DNA from: Octopus vulgaris
Taxonomy: Eukaryota
DNA: 64,000 nucleotides
Assembly (NCBI GenBank): GCA_951406725.2
Contig: OX597817.1
Span: forward strand, 1,178,001-1,242,000
Reading direction: 5' to 3'
The position numbers and the translations under genes are program-made. Below, piece after piece: positions 12,059 through 28,473 of the stretch (position 1 is the first letter of the stretch; every line of letters starts with the position of its first letter). Under the pieces are notes generated by a model, which worked only from the letters and a program-made list of their open reading frames with translations, was not told the DNA's origin and searched no databases.

Positions 12059-13624
12059 ACTCTCAGCAATTTTATTCTTTCCAACACTAGAACTACTGCT
12101 TCTACTATTATCCTTTCTGTTAACCTTGAACTTTTTGTGTAAAGGCACACTCACACACACATACATAAACAAATATATACTTACATACATATATAGAAAC
12201 ATATATATATATATACTCATACATACGCATGCACATCAATACACGTACATACTTACATGCATAGATACATACAGCTATATAAATAACGATGGCATGCAAC
12301 TTAAAACTTCCCCAACCTTTAATAAATAAAGATGTAACTGTATATGACACATATATACATACATACACACACACATACATGCATACTCATGTATATATGT
12401 ATACACACACACATATATATATGTATATATGTAAACTCAAAGACACAAACAACTCACATTATCATACGCAGTTCTCCTTTACATACACAAACACGCACCT
12501 ATATATATGTGTATGTGTGCATGAGTGTGTGTGTGTGTATATACACATACAATTTATTATAGATGCGCGTGTCATGTTTACACACAGACACACAGACACA
12601 TACACACACATATGTATATATGTATTTATGTATATGCATGTATATATATGCAGTATATATATGTAGTATATATATATATAATTAAACATATAAACGTAAA
12701 CATTCGCAAACCTCTCTCATTGTCACATTCGTAAACAGTCTCTTACATACCTGAACAGGTAGCCGTAACAGCCACATGTAAATTCAATCAACGTATATTA
12801 ACAGATTTTTCTTCTTTTAGAAATAAAAGAATCGTGTAGTTTCTTTTGCTTGCTATTATTCTACATATATAAATGATTTCTATGTATACCTTGATACAAG
12901 GGAACACATTTTAGAGTGAAGGAGGTGGGCAGAGTCAATGTGATCAACTTGTGTTGAATTTAACCATCTCAGAGGAAATGAAAAATAAAATTAGAGTCAG
13001 TCCCAGAGAAATTAGAACTTAGATATAATAAATTTACCTCTACATGGAATTTTGTCCACGTTTCTACTAGCTTTCCTCAATACAGAAGTCACATTGTGAT
13101 CGCACGCCCTGCTAGAAATAGCAGCAACTTATCAATATCAGATCCTGACTCTCATTAAAAAAAAGAAAAGAATGAACTCAAAGAGTGGATTAGATTTATG
13201 CGGTATTAGATACATAATATCAGTAAAAGATACAATACATACAAACACGTAAATGCTAATGATTGCCACACTTTTGGTTATAACTCTTTTTCATGAGAAC
13301 TGGCCTGAATATTTCGTATGGTGCTTATTGTAGTTTTATTTCTTGTAAAATAATGTAAAGTTTGTTGTTGACTGTATGCAAAGAAGTACCGTAGTAGTAA
13401 AAGTTATTGAGCCTATGTTAGAAATATATTAGATCTTCAAGTCTTAACCATATTTAGTGCGAGAAATATGTAGATTTCAGTGCGAAAACTTTCTTTATAA
13501 TCTTTAAACTGTATTTGTTAAACCTATGTTCTTTAGTTTGCACATTCAGGTTGCTTTGTTTTCGTCTTTGATCTACGGTTGTTAATGTTTTATAACAAAT
13601 TAAGTTATATACATTCCGCGCCAC

Positions 13625-13695
<71 letters not shown>

Positions 13696-13702
13696 TATAA
13701 TA
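13625..13702. repeat. (AAT)n microsatellite
   Basis: Directly visible. Confidence 0.95.
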
Positions 13703-14910
13703 AAGGCTGTGATGAATTGGAAAAGGTGGAGGAGTGCAGAAAGAAAAAAATGCTTAGAAAACATTGCGCTACTCAATAAAATATTTAAAAATAAAAATGA
13801 ATTGTGATAGAAAAGTGTTATAGACAGTTACAGCAATGGTACTGTAGTTAGAACATTAAACTTCAATAATGAGAATAAAAAGGAGATTGAAATGTTACCT
13901 CGTAAATATTTAATTAGTCCTAATATTTCGGATAAAATACCCCTTTTCAATGGTGTTGAGAGAACAAAAGAGGAACACGCATTTGGTTGACGAACTGGAT
14001 GCATTTTTAGAAAAGGGTATTTTAACTGAAATATCAGGTCTAATCAAATATTTAAATATTTCTAAGTTAACATTTCACTATATTTCTTTTTGTTATTATA
14101 CATGCAGTATTACCATTGCCACAGTCTTCTGTAACACAATTTTTGTATATATTTCGCAACGCTACAATAAGACTAAAACGCTCTCCTATATAATACAGCG
14201 ATTATTGAAAGTAATAGGAAATTCTAGTGAAATACTACCAAAATAGATTAAAGTTTAGTGAAACGAACTAAAACATAATTCTAATTTTGGTAGAACGTCA
14301 CAAGTTTTCGGGGTTGGATTATAGTAGACTTAGTTGACCCCAGAATTTTAGAGATATTATTTTATCAACCTTTTATGGGGATGATATAAAGTCAGTGTTT
14401 AGTTATCTTCGTATTGGGAGATAACTAAATACTGCCAGGCATTTTGTTCGCAAGTACACTGTCCGTTAAAGGGTTAACTAACGATTCTTTCTCAAAGAGC
14501 AAAGCTACATACATATTTAAGACGTGTAAACTGATCCTTGAATTTGAGTGGCACAGTTATTATATGAACTTACGGTGTAGCGGCTCCCTCTACATAGTTG
14601 CCACACCTAGTAACAGTGGCCTAATCTTGCTCAAATTACACTGAAGGAAGTATGGATTGGGCAGTTTATTCCTCGGTACAAATATGAGTTAGTCACGTCT
14701 GGAACGTCATTAATCATAGATTTTCTCAATGAAAGTTGATATAAGGTTAAATAACAACAACTGGTACTAATTACTTTTTCGATCCTGTGGGGATGAAATT
14801 TCAAGTCAAATCGTGAAAAATTAGTAGTCAGAACACAGACGATCGAATGTGAAACGCTCAGCCGTTGGTTTTACAACTGTGCAAAAAAAAAAAGATATAA
14901 CCATAAATAT

Positions 14911-15512
14911 ATACAGACATGTATAGACGCAGATTCATTGACTCTCATAAACCGCACACAAACTCAGGGGCATACACTCAGATATAGAATCAACTGTGGT
15001 TAGACATCCACGCAAGCAATCAAAAACCTATATCCACAAACAATTCCAAACGTATATACTCACAAAAATAAACACATCTACAAATACACACTATATCTCT
15101 CCTTCTCTTTCCTGTACCCCCACTTTTCCTCATGCGCATGTAGTTATGCATTCACATGCTACTATAATCCTATATATACAGATCCAAATATGTAAACATA
15201 CATAGACAAATGTATAGAAAACTATGTTGTTAAACCACTGGACACGCAATCATACAAATAGTTAGAAATTTATGCTGTCAAACCTCTAGAGAGTCTCATA
15301 TACAAACACAGATACACTTCCATACAAATTTTTAGACAACATTCCCTGTACAAACACAGATGATTGTACACACACAAACTCCGATAATCACACATACGTA
15401 CAGACATGTATAGATGCAGATCCAATGACTCTCACAAACCGTACGCATACTCAGACACATACACTCAGATATACAATCAACTGTGTGGTTAGACATCCAC
15501 ACAAGCAATCAT
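14911..15512 (+). repeat. Diverged direct repeat of about 110 bp (14911-15022 and 15398-15512)
   Basis: TACAGACATGTATAGA.GCAGAT.CA.TGACTCTCA...GGTTAGACATCCAC.CAAGCAATCA occurs twice. Confidence 0.75.
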
Positions 15513-15680
15513 GTAGACATTTACTCGATTGTATTCACACATCTAAAACACACGCATATAAGTATGGTAGATATACACTCACATATACACACACGCGACT
15601 TCCCCAGATAAGTTCATACAGCAAATCACCTAACACAAGACAAAATAACCAACCACAAGCATATACAATGTGCCACTAAG

Positions 15681-15891
15681 CATACATACATACATACATA
15701 CATACATACATACATACATACATACATACATACATACATACATACACACACATACATACACACATACATACATACATACATACACACACACATACACACA
15801 TACATACATACATACATACATACGTACGTACATACATACATACACACATACACACATACATACATACATACATACATACATAAATACAAAA

Positions 15892-15982
<91 letters not shown>

Positions 15983-16172
15983 CATATATACATACATACA
16001 TACATACATACATACATACATACATACATACATACATACATACATACATACATACATGTATGCATACATACATACATACATATATACATACATACATGCA
16101 TACATACATAAATACATACATACATACATACATATATACATACATACATACATACATACATACATACATACA

Positions 16173-16206
<34 letters not shown>

Positions 16207-16211
16207 CATAT

Positions 16212-16242
<31 letters not shown>

Positions 16243-16247
16243 CATAT

Positions 16248-16278
<31 letters not shown>

Positions 16279-16522
16279 CATACATACATACATGTATGCA
16301 TACATACATACATACATACATACATACATGTATGCATACATACATACATACATATATACATACATACATGCATACATACATAAATACATACATACATACA
16401 TAAATACATACATACATACATACATACATACATACATACATACATACATACATACATGCATACACACATACACACATACATACATACATACATACATACA
16501 TACATACATGCATACATACATA
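15681..16522. repeat. Long (CATA)n tetranucleotide array of about 840 bp
   Basis: Directly visible. It is the source of the MYVC/HTYI ORFs. Confidence 0.97.
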
Positions 16523-16869
16523 CACGAATATACATGTACGCAAGTGTACACACAAAATGATTACACACAAACTGCAGTATACGTTTAGATACACATTGAA
16601 TTGTCGTACAAACACATCTATAGACAACACTCTCGTACAAATATATTCAAACTAAATGTACACATGAATGCACAGAGAACAAATCGTTAAAAACAATACA
16701 AAAAAACACTTAGACACAAACAACAACATACAAGCACGCGCGTGCACAGCCCTCCCCCTTCGAACTTCTCCCCCCACAAAAACGCACACTCCCTCACACA
16801 CACCCGTATACGCACACACACACACACACACTCATCGAAAGCAAATATGCACAAACAATAAACAAGATC

Positions 16870-16909
<40 letters not shown>

Positions 16910-16999
16910 AAGAAAAAAAAACGAAGCGAAAACCATATTCATTAGCAAACCTTATTCATTCTACACGCTGAAAGAAGCATACATTCACTCACATATATG

Positions 17000-17217
17000 T
17001 GGGTTCCAGACTTGGCGAGGAAGGCCAGCAATTTTTAGGGGATTGAGTAAGTCGATTACATCGACCCCCAATGCTCAGCTGATTCCTGTTTTATCGACAC
17101 CGAAAGGATGAAAGGTAAAGTCGACCTCAGCGGTATTTGAACTCAGAATGTAACGACAGAGGAAATGCCACTAAGCATTTTGTCCGGCTTGCTAACAATT
17201 CAGCCAGGTCGCTGCCT
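17000..17217 (-). mobile_element. SINE family A copy
   Basis: Reverse complement of the family A consensus (CGAAAGGATGAAAGGTAAAGTCGACCTCAGCGG...GAACTCAGAA). Confidence 0.8.
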
Positions 17218-17219
17218 AA

Positions 17220-17407
17220 TACAAAGGGGTTTCGCGAAAGGCCTGGCTGGAGGTCCAGCCTTCCGGGTTCTTTTGTAAGCTTAGAAAACTTTAGGACTGC
17301 TGCAATAAGTGGGTGAATCTGAGGGGAATATGTTGAATAAAATCATGATTAACTTATAGTCCTGTATTTTCTTTTACCCAGAGCCAGGAACTTTTCAACA
17401 TCTCGTA
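17220..17407 (+). mobile_element. Possible short mariner-derived remnant
   Basis: GAGGGGAATATGTTGAATAA (GEYVE*, a mariner-like C-terminus) is followed by CCAGGAACTTTTCAACATCTCGTA, which is only weakly complementary to the left end. Confidence 0.35.
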
Positions 17408-18529
17408 TTACAAATACCACGTACAAACACACACACACAAACACACACATGCGCACACAGACACGCACACACAAATGCGTGCACATATGCATACACACAC
17501 CCGCACATACACTAGCATATCAACAAATACAGACATATATTTATAATAAAAGTAAATGGATCTCCGTTGGTTTCGACGATGAGTATTCGAGTTGTTCGAT
17601 CAACTGAATTGCTAACTCGTTGAAATATGTAAGTGGTTGAGTATTCCAAACACACTTGTACACTTAACGCAATTCTCAGGCACACTGCATCTTAACACAC
17701 TGCTGGCCCTTTGAATTATGGGTAGACTCCATCTGACCGGTTTCCCTAGTTTCCGTTTACTCAGTTTCACTAACAAGGTAGGGGTTAGAAGACATTCTCC
17801 TATATGGGCTCACGACCATCTGCATACATATACGAACGTATATATGTCTATATACACCTATGTGAACATGTATATATGGGCCCACATCTACATACATACA
17901 TATACACATACATACATACATACACACACACATACATACATATCATCATAGGTGCATTAGGTTATGAACCAATTTATTAGTAAATAACATAGAAATACTC
18001 GGTTCCACAGAGAAGGAGCAAAAGAAATTAATACGGAATCTCCAAATCCAATCTATTAGAGGCACAGTGAAGAAGTGTAAGACATTCCCAAAATTTTCCT
18101 TTTGATATTCTTATGTGAATAGATGCACACATTCGGTGTATGCATCGACAGTCCAACTAACACAATAACTCAAACACTTATTCACAAACATCGAGAACTC
18201 TCTTCCCTCAAAAGTTTTCGTCGCTCGGTTAGCGACCGGCTTGACTCTCTCAAAAAGAACATAGAAAAATTCAAAGAAAAATCATACATACATGCATGCA
18301 TACATACTTACATACATGCATACATACCTACTTACATACATTCATGCATACATACAAATAGACATATATACGTGTACTATAATCCTAACCTCATGGCCAA
18401 ATATACACACAAACATACAAACATACACATATATACATCTATATTGTAACTCTGAACGTAGATGGACTAATCCTTTTCCAAATTGTGAGATTTATACATT
18501 GAACCAATAAAAGGCATCGTTATCTACTT

Positions 18530-19085
18530 CATTCATTTTCTGACTCCATCTGCTGTATTGGCTGCCAACAACAGATCTCCATCTGTCTCGATCTTCAACA
18601 ATGAATTACAGTTGTCTCTACGGTCAGCTGTCTGTCAGTGCTACAGTTTTCGTGAACCTTCTCCACGTTGTTTTAGGTCTCCATGTTTGTGTCTCCCCTG
18701 GGCTGTCGATCGGAGACCTTGCCTTGTAATGTTGCAGACGGGTTTCTCTAGTGTGTCTCAGCCAGCTCTATTTCCTCCTCTTGATACGCGTTTCAATAGG
18801 TGGGTGGTTCGCCTGTTCACACAAAGTTTTGTTTGTTAGTCTACCTTTCCATCTCTCCTGGAAGACACCTATTCACAAAAGTTTGGAGCTTGGAGCTCGC
18901 CGACAGAGAACTTTATGACTCGCCATTTTTACACGCATACAACAGAACTGTTTTCACGTTTGTGTTAATGATCTCGAGTTTTGTACTTCTTGAACAGGTC
19001 TGTGATCTCCAGATTGTTCTGACAATCCTGAAGGTAGCTCTAGCCTTCCTAATTTTTACTTTTATATTCTGATCCGTCCTCTTTA
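18530..19085 (-). mobile_element. RTE-like LINE 3' fragment
   Basis: KVKIRKARATFRIVRTIWRSQ...TKLEIINTNVKTVLLYAC plus a downstream degenerate RPKTTWRR, typical of the post-RT region of RTE-type ORFs. Confidence 0.7.
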
Positions 19086-20198
19086 GAGGAGAATGATTTG
19101 ATAAAGATCTTTGAAATATTATATACATGGCTTAACATGTAAGTGACAGAATGTCAGTAAGGCAATTTTCAACAATAATCAGCGGAACACAATTCAGAAG
19201 GCCTTGCCTTTTGAGTTAAAGGTACGACTAAAGACGACGAGCGTCTGTAGAATTTCTGTCTACCTATATTCACTCCATTCGGGCGACAGAATATGACATT
19301 TGTCAAAGATATCTCGCAATGGGATTGTACCTGGGATCTAGTGTTGTCAAGCTAATTTCTTGATCATTCTAACCTATTGTGTCTACTGAAATTAATATTC
19401 CTTCACAACAAATATAATAATCCTGACTGGCCCATTTCGTCTTCGGGTCATTTTATTTCTGATGTGGATAATGAGCAAATCCACTTTTGTGAGATTAGTT
19501 GATCTCCAAGTTACTGACTATGACAGGAAAACACAGATATAAAGAGAAATTGAAGAGTAATCATTCAAGCGGCAATCGAACCCGCTGCTTAGATTATCAA
19601 TTTGCATGGAGGCTACCACTTAACCCGTCCTAAAATATATGAAGATTTATAAATACGTTACATTACCTAAATAAGATACATACATACATTACATACCAAG
19701 ACACATGCAAATGTAAATATGGACATAGATATACACAGTCAGTCAAGCGTGCAAACGCAAATGCACCCACAAGGCACACGCCGACGCCTACGCCTACACA
19801 CAGAGAATATTCTCTCTTTCTCCGCCACACACACACACACAGAATAGAACAAAACACATAATCAAATGCAAGTATTCAATGAATCAAATGGTATGCGTGC
19901 GCCCACATATACACATACACACGCTAACACACACACACACACACAAGCACACATACATACTCAGACACACACACACACTCAGACACACACACTCACACAC
20001 ACACAAAGTATAAACATGTAATGCAGCATATCGCCTCATTTATCTCTCTTTTGTCATTTATTCTCTCCCTCCTTATATGTGCGTATGTTGTTTAGATGTG
20101 CATCTCTCTGTCTCTCTCCCTCTTTCTGTCTGTCTGTCTGCCAGCCTGCTTCTCTATATGCATTTATGTATGTATGTATGTATGTATGTATGTATGTA

Positions 20199-20229
<31 letters not shown>

Positions 20230-20307
20230 ACATATATATACGCCATTATTGATCGTTAGCCACTACACACATTTTTTTCCTTTTTTTTCTCTCCTTGTTT
20301 TTTCTGT

Positions 20308-20349
20308 GTCCCTTTCTGCAGAAGAGCGTTGGCTCGAAACGTAAAAGAC
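20308..20349 (+). ncRNA. Minimal hammerhead-like motif (A6C core)
   Basis: CUUU-CUGCAGA-A-GAGC(GUUG)GCUC-GAAAC-GUA-AAAG. Stems I and II pair and stem III is the ACGU palindrome. Confidence 0.55.
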
Positions 20350-20484
20350 TTTTTCTTTTCCTGAGCGTTATACCAATACATCTGTTTGTTTTGAACACCA
20401 CCTGTCTTCGTCTTTTGTTTTTTCGTAAACTCTCCCTCTATATAGGGCTGAAACATTTTTAAGGATTTAAGGATTTGTATGATT

Positions 20485-20646
20485 ATATGGGCACAGGACG
20501 TCACCAACAGAAAACAACAGGAAATACAAAAACAAATGAGTCAAATACGCAAATAAAGAGAAAAAAGAGATAGAAAACAAGACAAGTAATACAAAGAACG
20601 ACCCTTCATCAGTTGTCGGCTGTCTATCTACTCCCCATTTCGAGCA

Positions 20647-20648
<2 letters not shown>
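20485..20648 (-). mobile_element. TA-adjacent repeat family Y (probable PLE terminal repeat); other copies at 28183-28350(+), 45786-46400(-), 47647-47712(+) and 47813-48075(-)
   Basis: Copies share GCTCGAAATG.GGAGTAGA...CTGATGAAGG...GACGTCCT.T.CCCATATA, ending in or next to (TA)n. Confidence 0.65.
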
Positions 20649-20686
<38 letters not shown>

Positions 20687-20754
20687 GTATATAAAATTTA
20701 CAGAATGAGATAAATGTCGAAAGCTGTAAAAGTTTTCAGAACATTTATAAAGAG

Positions 20755-20802
20755 GTCTTACAGCTGTTTCCGGGATATTTCATAAATCCCTTCATCGGAG
20801 AC
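20755..20802 (-). ncRNA. Minimal type-I hammerhead-like motif (U4C core)
   Basis: GUCU-CCGAUGA-A-GGGAU(UUAUGAAAU)AUCCC-G-GAAACAGCUGUA-AGAC. All three stems can form and stem III is the palindrome ACAGCUGU. Confidence 0.65.
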
Positions 20803-21046
20803 GGTGCAAGAAGATGGTTAAGCAATAGTTATTCTAGAGAAGATATGAAATAGAGAGTGAAGTGGGTGAATGAAAACAGACGTGAGATATGCAGGGATAT
20901 TGCATCTGCAGTTCAATTATTTAAGTAGAATAGTATACATATAAGTTTCCTGTACGTTGTGTGTGAGTTCCAATAGTATTTAAAATTGGTCATTCCAAGA
21001 ATACAGTTTGTAAGCTGTGTTATTGGATCGAGGGTTTTCCTATATA

Positions 21047-22545
<1,499 letters not shown>

Positions 22546-22816
22546 CAAAATACACGTACATACATATACACACATTGCACAAACGAAAAGCGACGAGTTC
22601 TACTCGCTAGGTCTTCGTTCATTCTTAAGTAAACATGTCTGTTCTGAGAGAATGTGTACATATACAAGTTTTCTTTTGTATATATGTTACATGTGAAATT
22701 CTTGTGAACATGAGAGTGTGTGCGTGCATGAGACTGTGTGTGACTATGTTTGCGCGTGTGACTGCGAGTGAATATAAGCCGGTCAGCAAAATACCCGTGT
22801 GTACTTTTGGGTATGG

Positions 22817-23073
<257 letters not shown>

Positions 23074-25899
23074 GCATCCGACGTTTTGGCGGCGAGGTTG
23101 GCCCTCGACCAACACTTCAACGCCAAACACGAAGGGTGTGCTGTCAAAGCTAGGATGCGTGCTCTAAGGAACGAAGGTGTTGGAGCCGTGCGAGAGACCC
23201 GGGTGGCGGAGGTGCAACAGGGCAACAAAGCCACCATTCAGTCACTGGTAGATGAATAGGGGCGCGAATTACTCGAGCCAAGTAAAATGTGTGAGGCCTT
23301 TCAACAGCATTTTTCCCGACTGTTCGGGACGAGTGGCGAGCGAGAACGCAGGGTGGACTTCAGTGCCTACCTATACAGCCTACCACGACTCACAACAAGA
23401 GAGGTAGGGTGCTGCGAAGGTGCCATCACGGCGGCGGAAGTGCAGGACGCGATGGCAGAATGCTCGAGGGACAAATCACCGGGTTTGGATGGTCTACCCT
23501 ACGAGCTTTACAATTGTATGTCAGACTTGTTTGGAGATGTCTTGGCAGCGGTGTACTGCAACTGGCAGCAAAACGGGAGCATTCCTGGTTTTGTGAGCTG
23601 AGGAGCCGTAACACTGCTGAAGAAAGATCTAAACAAGGGAAATGTAATAGATAACTTTAGGCCCATCACTCTGCTTAATGCAGACTTGAAAATTTTGGCC
23701 AAAGTGCCAGCCAAGAGGTTGGCGCTTGTCATCGAGAAACTGGTCGACAAGGCGCAAACATGCGCCGTCCCGGGCCGACCATCCATGACAACCTCCACCT
23801 GATGCGCTACATCATAGATAGGGTAGTTAACGAACCTGGCATGGGTGGGACGCTGATCAATTTGGATCAATCGAAAGCCTTCAATAGGGTGGACCATCGA
23901 TACTTGGAGGCAGTCATCAGAGCGGCTGGCTTCGGTCCCGTCTTCCGCGGCTGGATAGCCGCTTTGTACAGAGGCATCCGTTCGGTAGTTCGCGTAAATG
24001 GACATCTATCGAGACCTTTCGACATCGCACGTTCGGTCCGTCAGGGATGCTCCCTATCGTCGCTTCTATACGTATTGACTCTCGAGCCATTATTGCGGAA
24101 GCTGGCAACTTTGAGGGGCATCCCGCGAGAACTGGGATGCGGGACGAGCGTGTCTGCATACGCGGACGAAGTCACCGTCATAGTGTCTAGCCATGAGCAC
24201 ATCGAGCAGGTCGGCGAGACACTGAAAAACTACGAAGCGGTGACAGGAGCGAAAATCAACCGGGAAAAGTCAGTGGGCTTGCGACTAGGCACCTGGAGAA
24301 GCAAGCCCATGCCGTCCACCAGCGCCTCCGTCGTGGGACGCTGGACCGACGGCCCGGTCGAGTTGCTCGGGGTCTGGTTCTGTCCGGACCTCCAAGTGGA
24401 GAAGAACTGGAACGAGATAACGAGTAGGGTGGTCACTCTCGCCCGGCAATGGGCCGAGAGGAAACTGTCCCTAAAATGTCGGGCGGAGGTGGCGAACACG
24501 TACATCGCGTCCGTCATCTACTACCGCCTGACCGTCGTGCCTTGTCCCGACCCTACCATCACCAAACTAGAACGCATTCTCTTTCGCTTCTTGTGGAAAG
24601 GATGCGTCCCGATGGTCAGGCGATCCATTTGCTGTCAACACCCGTTAAAAGGTCTGGGCATGCCGTGGTTGATGATGCACAGACACGCGCTGAGACTGCG
24701 ACATCTCAGACTCTTCGTAGACGACGGTGAACAGGTGTGGTCGCCGTTTTGAGGCACGCTTTCCCGCAGCTCGTCTCCATGACCGAACTGCAGTCGTGGA
24801 TCAAAAAGTGGCCGAGGAAGGGCGAATGGCACCGCGAGTGTCGCGTTGCTCTCAAGCAACTCTGCCGTCCTGGGTCGATCTTGAGTGACTCCCTCACAAT
24901 CAAAGCATTCTATAGGTGATTAGTGGAGGGGAGGTACGACGACGAGCTCGGGGCGAACCTGGACGTCGACGAGGAATACCTGACCCGCCTGTTCGGGACG
25001 ACTTTCGGGCCAGGGCCCATGGACAACTTCCAGAGATCCCTGGCCTGGCAGTGCTACCGAGAAGCGCTACCCGTTCGGGATAAGCTCTACAGACACGGCT
25101 CGAGAAACACGGGGCCGACCTGCCCGAGATGCGGTCAGAGCGACGAAACCGTTCTGCACGCACTCGTGCAGTGTCCAATAATTTCCGACCTGTGGGCTTA
25201 TGTCGAACGACTGCTGTCCACGTGTGGGACGAGTCGGTTTATCAGCTGAGTCTATCGTCAATATTGTCACGCCTCCTTCCTTCAAACGGGAAGGGAGAGC
25301 TATTTTCATCATCCTTGTGGCTATGGCGAAAGAATGTATCTGGTGGACGCGTCTTAAAGGATTGGAGACAAACACTTTCCTCTCTGGTCAATCTCTCATC
25401 AACTTCTTCAAGTACCACTTGAAAAGGAAAGTGAGAGTAGAGAGGCAAGTTTTGTCTAGCGAATGTTTTAAAAAAAGATGGGTGAATGTAGCAAGGATGG
25501 CACGTATGAATGACGAAGCCACCTTGAGCATAATCCCATGAACCCAGAAATTGAAAACAGAGGGTTACCCACTTGCAAACAAATGTGGTAACATATAACA
25601 ATATTGACCGAGGTAACCGTGGTCTTTTTCGTAGGCTTTTCTTCCCACGGATAAACCTTACTTGCTTTCCCCTTTACACCGTACATCATGACACTGTGAT
25701 ACACGATCCCTATTGATCGTTTTTTTCCTCTCCCCCTCTTTTTCTCTTTTTTCTTCCTTTTTTCTTTTCCCCTTTTACGATCCCTTTTGATCGAAAACCT
25801 ACGCCACTTTTTTGTTTCTTTTTTTTTTTTTTTTTTCATCCCGCAAAAGAAAAGCTCTACCTTGTAATTTGTCCCATCTGTGTGGCCAATAAAGAAACT
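23074..25899 (+). mobile_element. 5'-truncated L1/Tx1-clade non-LTR retrotransposon (ORF2 RT plus C-terminal zinc motif), disrupted
   Basis: Motifs KSPGLDGLPYELY, NFRPITLLNADLKILAK, LDQSKAFNRV, VRQGCSLS, AYADEV and CPRCGQSDETVLHALVQC, with several stops and frameshifts. AATAAA at 25888 is followed by (ATCT)n. Confidence 0.92.
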
Positions 25900-25912
25900 T
25901 ATCTATCAATCA

Positions 25913-25992
<80 letters not shown>

Positions 25993-26161
25993 GTCTGTCT
26001 ATCTTATTTCTTTACTCCCCACAAGGGGCTACACACAGAGGGGACAAACAAGGACAGACAAACGGATTAAGTCGATTATGTCGACACCAGTGCGTAACTG
26101 GTACTTATTTAATCGATCCCGAAAGGATGAAAGGCAAAGTCGACCTCAGCGGAATTTGAAC

Positions 26162-26248
<87 letters not shown>
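25900..26248. repeat. (ATCT)n array interrupted by a 5'-truncated SINE A (26003-26163, minus)
   Basis: Directly visible. Confidence 0.9.
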
Positions 26249-26249
<1 letters not shown>

Positions 26250-26409
26250 CCACCAGTTCATACACAAAGATGCGCGCGTGCACACAGTTACATAAATACA
26301 GATACAAACGTATTCGCACAACACATTTAATTCCTCTTAATCTTAGCCATACGCACAACTCCACAAACTTTGGTGGAGAGGAAACCCCAATATTTGATTT
26401 ATATTTTAC

Positions 26410-26987
26410 TTTTTCTACCCAGGGCGAATGAAGAGCAAAGTTGATCTTGGTGAGATTTGAACCCAGAACTTATGCAAACTGTTGACTGCTAATACACTTT
26501 TTTTATCATCCAAAATACTGATTTTAAGTTTTGACACAAGGCCAGCAATTTTCGAGGGAGTTTTTAAGTCGATTACATCAACCCCAGTGCTCGATTGGTT
26601 CATATTTTATTTGACCCCGAAAGGATGAAAAGCAAAATCGATCTCAGCGGAATTTAAACTCAGAACATGAAGACGGGAGAAATGCCGCTAAGCATTTTGC
26701 TCGGCGTGCTAGCGATTCTGCTATTTCGCCGCCTTTACCATGCAAAACATTACTCTACTCTCAGTGAAATATTGGTTTCGAATTTTGGCACAAGGCCGGA
26801 AATTTTAGGGGAAGAGGCTAAGACGATTAGGTCGACACCTGTGCTCAACACGCACTCATTTTATCGACTCCTAATGGACGAAAGGCAAAGTCGACCTCGG
26901 TGGAATTTGAACTCAGAACGTAGCGGCAGACGAATTAGCGCTAAGCATTTTGCCCAAAGTGCTAACAATTCTGCTCGCTCGCTGCCT
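26410..26987 (-). mobile_element. Tandem diverged SINE family A copies
   Basis: Copies at about 26410-26470, 26520-26735 and 26770-26987. Confidence 0.75.
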
Positions 26988-27814
26988 CATGCTCTTATTA
27001 CTACAAAAGTACCTCCTGAAGTGTAAGACATATACTTATTTCTTTTATTTTACTAAATATATTTGATAATGTTCGGTTGAAAAGCATCACACGACGCAGA
27101 GATTGTAACTTCTAAATATAAGTTGTTATATAAATATTTACGTTGCTATCGCTTTTTGGTACTTGGGTCAAACATGATCGAGCAGACTTCTGATCAAAGG
27201 ATTTCCACCCGTTTTGCAGACATAGTACAATATTATCCTATTGACGGCACTGTCCAGTATGTCCTCCCATTTGAAACGCAGTAGAGTTTCATTAAGGAAA
27301 TGTTAGGTTGCTGTTTATAGAAGATCCCGCGCCTGCGTACAAACTTTCTCATTGATTAGATTTTCGTATATATATATATATATATATATCTGTAAATGTA
27401 ATATGTGACAATTATTCGCTAGCCATGATAAAACTCCGGACATCTTTCTTACCAACCATTCAACTTCAAATTACAATTTTTAATTGCTGGAAGTCAAGTA
27501 GACTATGAACTTATAGTGTTATCGTATATAGTGGAAGGTCAACTCATCTTGTGGTTAGTAATCCATTACCTTAACTTTGAAGCTATTAAATCTTTAAGCA
27601 TTATTTTACTGGGTTTAGTCTTTCGATTGTCGCCATGATGAGATATCACATTCAAAAATTTAATTGAAAATACTGACTTCAGTACATATTTCAGTCTGGC
27701 ATCTATTTTGTAGATCTCTTTGTAGATTTCTGCTTGGTGAACTTTGAGACATAGTGGGACACAATACTCAATTCAACAACAAATGTAAACACACAAATAC
27801 ATATAAGATGTAAG

Positions 27815-27960
27815 AATGGCTGTGTGGTTGGGAAGTTTGCTTCCCAACCACATGGTTCCACATTCAGTCCTTCTGCATGGTACCTAGGGCAAGTGTTTTC
27901 AACTATAGCCCTAGGCCAACCACAGACTCGTGACTGACTTTGGTAGATGGAAACTGCAGA
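27815..27960 (+). mobile_element. Diverged 5' part of SINE family B
   Basis: GGCTGTGTGGTT...CCAACCACATGGTTCC...GGGCAAGTGTTTTC...TTGGTAGATGGAAACTG. Confidence 0.7.
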
Positions 27961-28344
27961 GTTGATCATCAGAAAATGACTGCAAAACATGTTTGTGAAG
28001 AAGAGTTGTTTGTTTCATACTCCTCATGTGGCGATTCTGCCCATAAGAGAGGAACAAGTAATACAATGTGGCTATAGGTCATAACAACCAGGTATACATA
28101 CATACATACATACATACATACATACATACATACATACATACATACATACATACGTACGTACGTATGTATGTATGTGTGTGTCATTGAATGCTCGAAATGA
28201 GGAGTAGATAGACAGCCGACATCTGATGAAGGGTCCTTTCTCTGTATTTACTTGTCCCGTTCTCCATTTTCCGCGTTGTTAGTGTATTTAACTCGTTTGT
28301 TTACGTATTCATGTTGTATATACCGTTGGTGACGTCCTATACCC

Positions 28345-28415
<71 letters not shown>

Positions 28416-28438
28416 ATATATATATATTATTTACTATT

Positions 28439-28473
<35 letters not shown>

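Noticed and set aside
15626-16640. Long ORFs of 237-336 aa (MYVC/HTYI repeats)
   Set aside because: They are stop-free translations of the (CATA)n array, not genes.
23508-25601. Minus-strand ORFs over the LINE
   Set aside because: They are antisense shadows of a GC-rich RT coding region.
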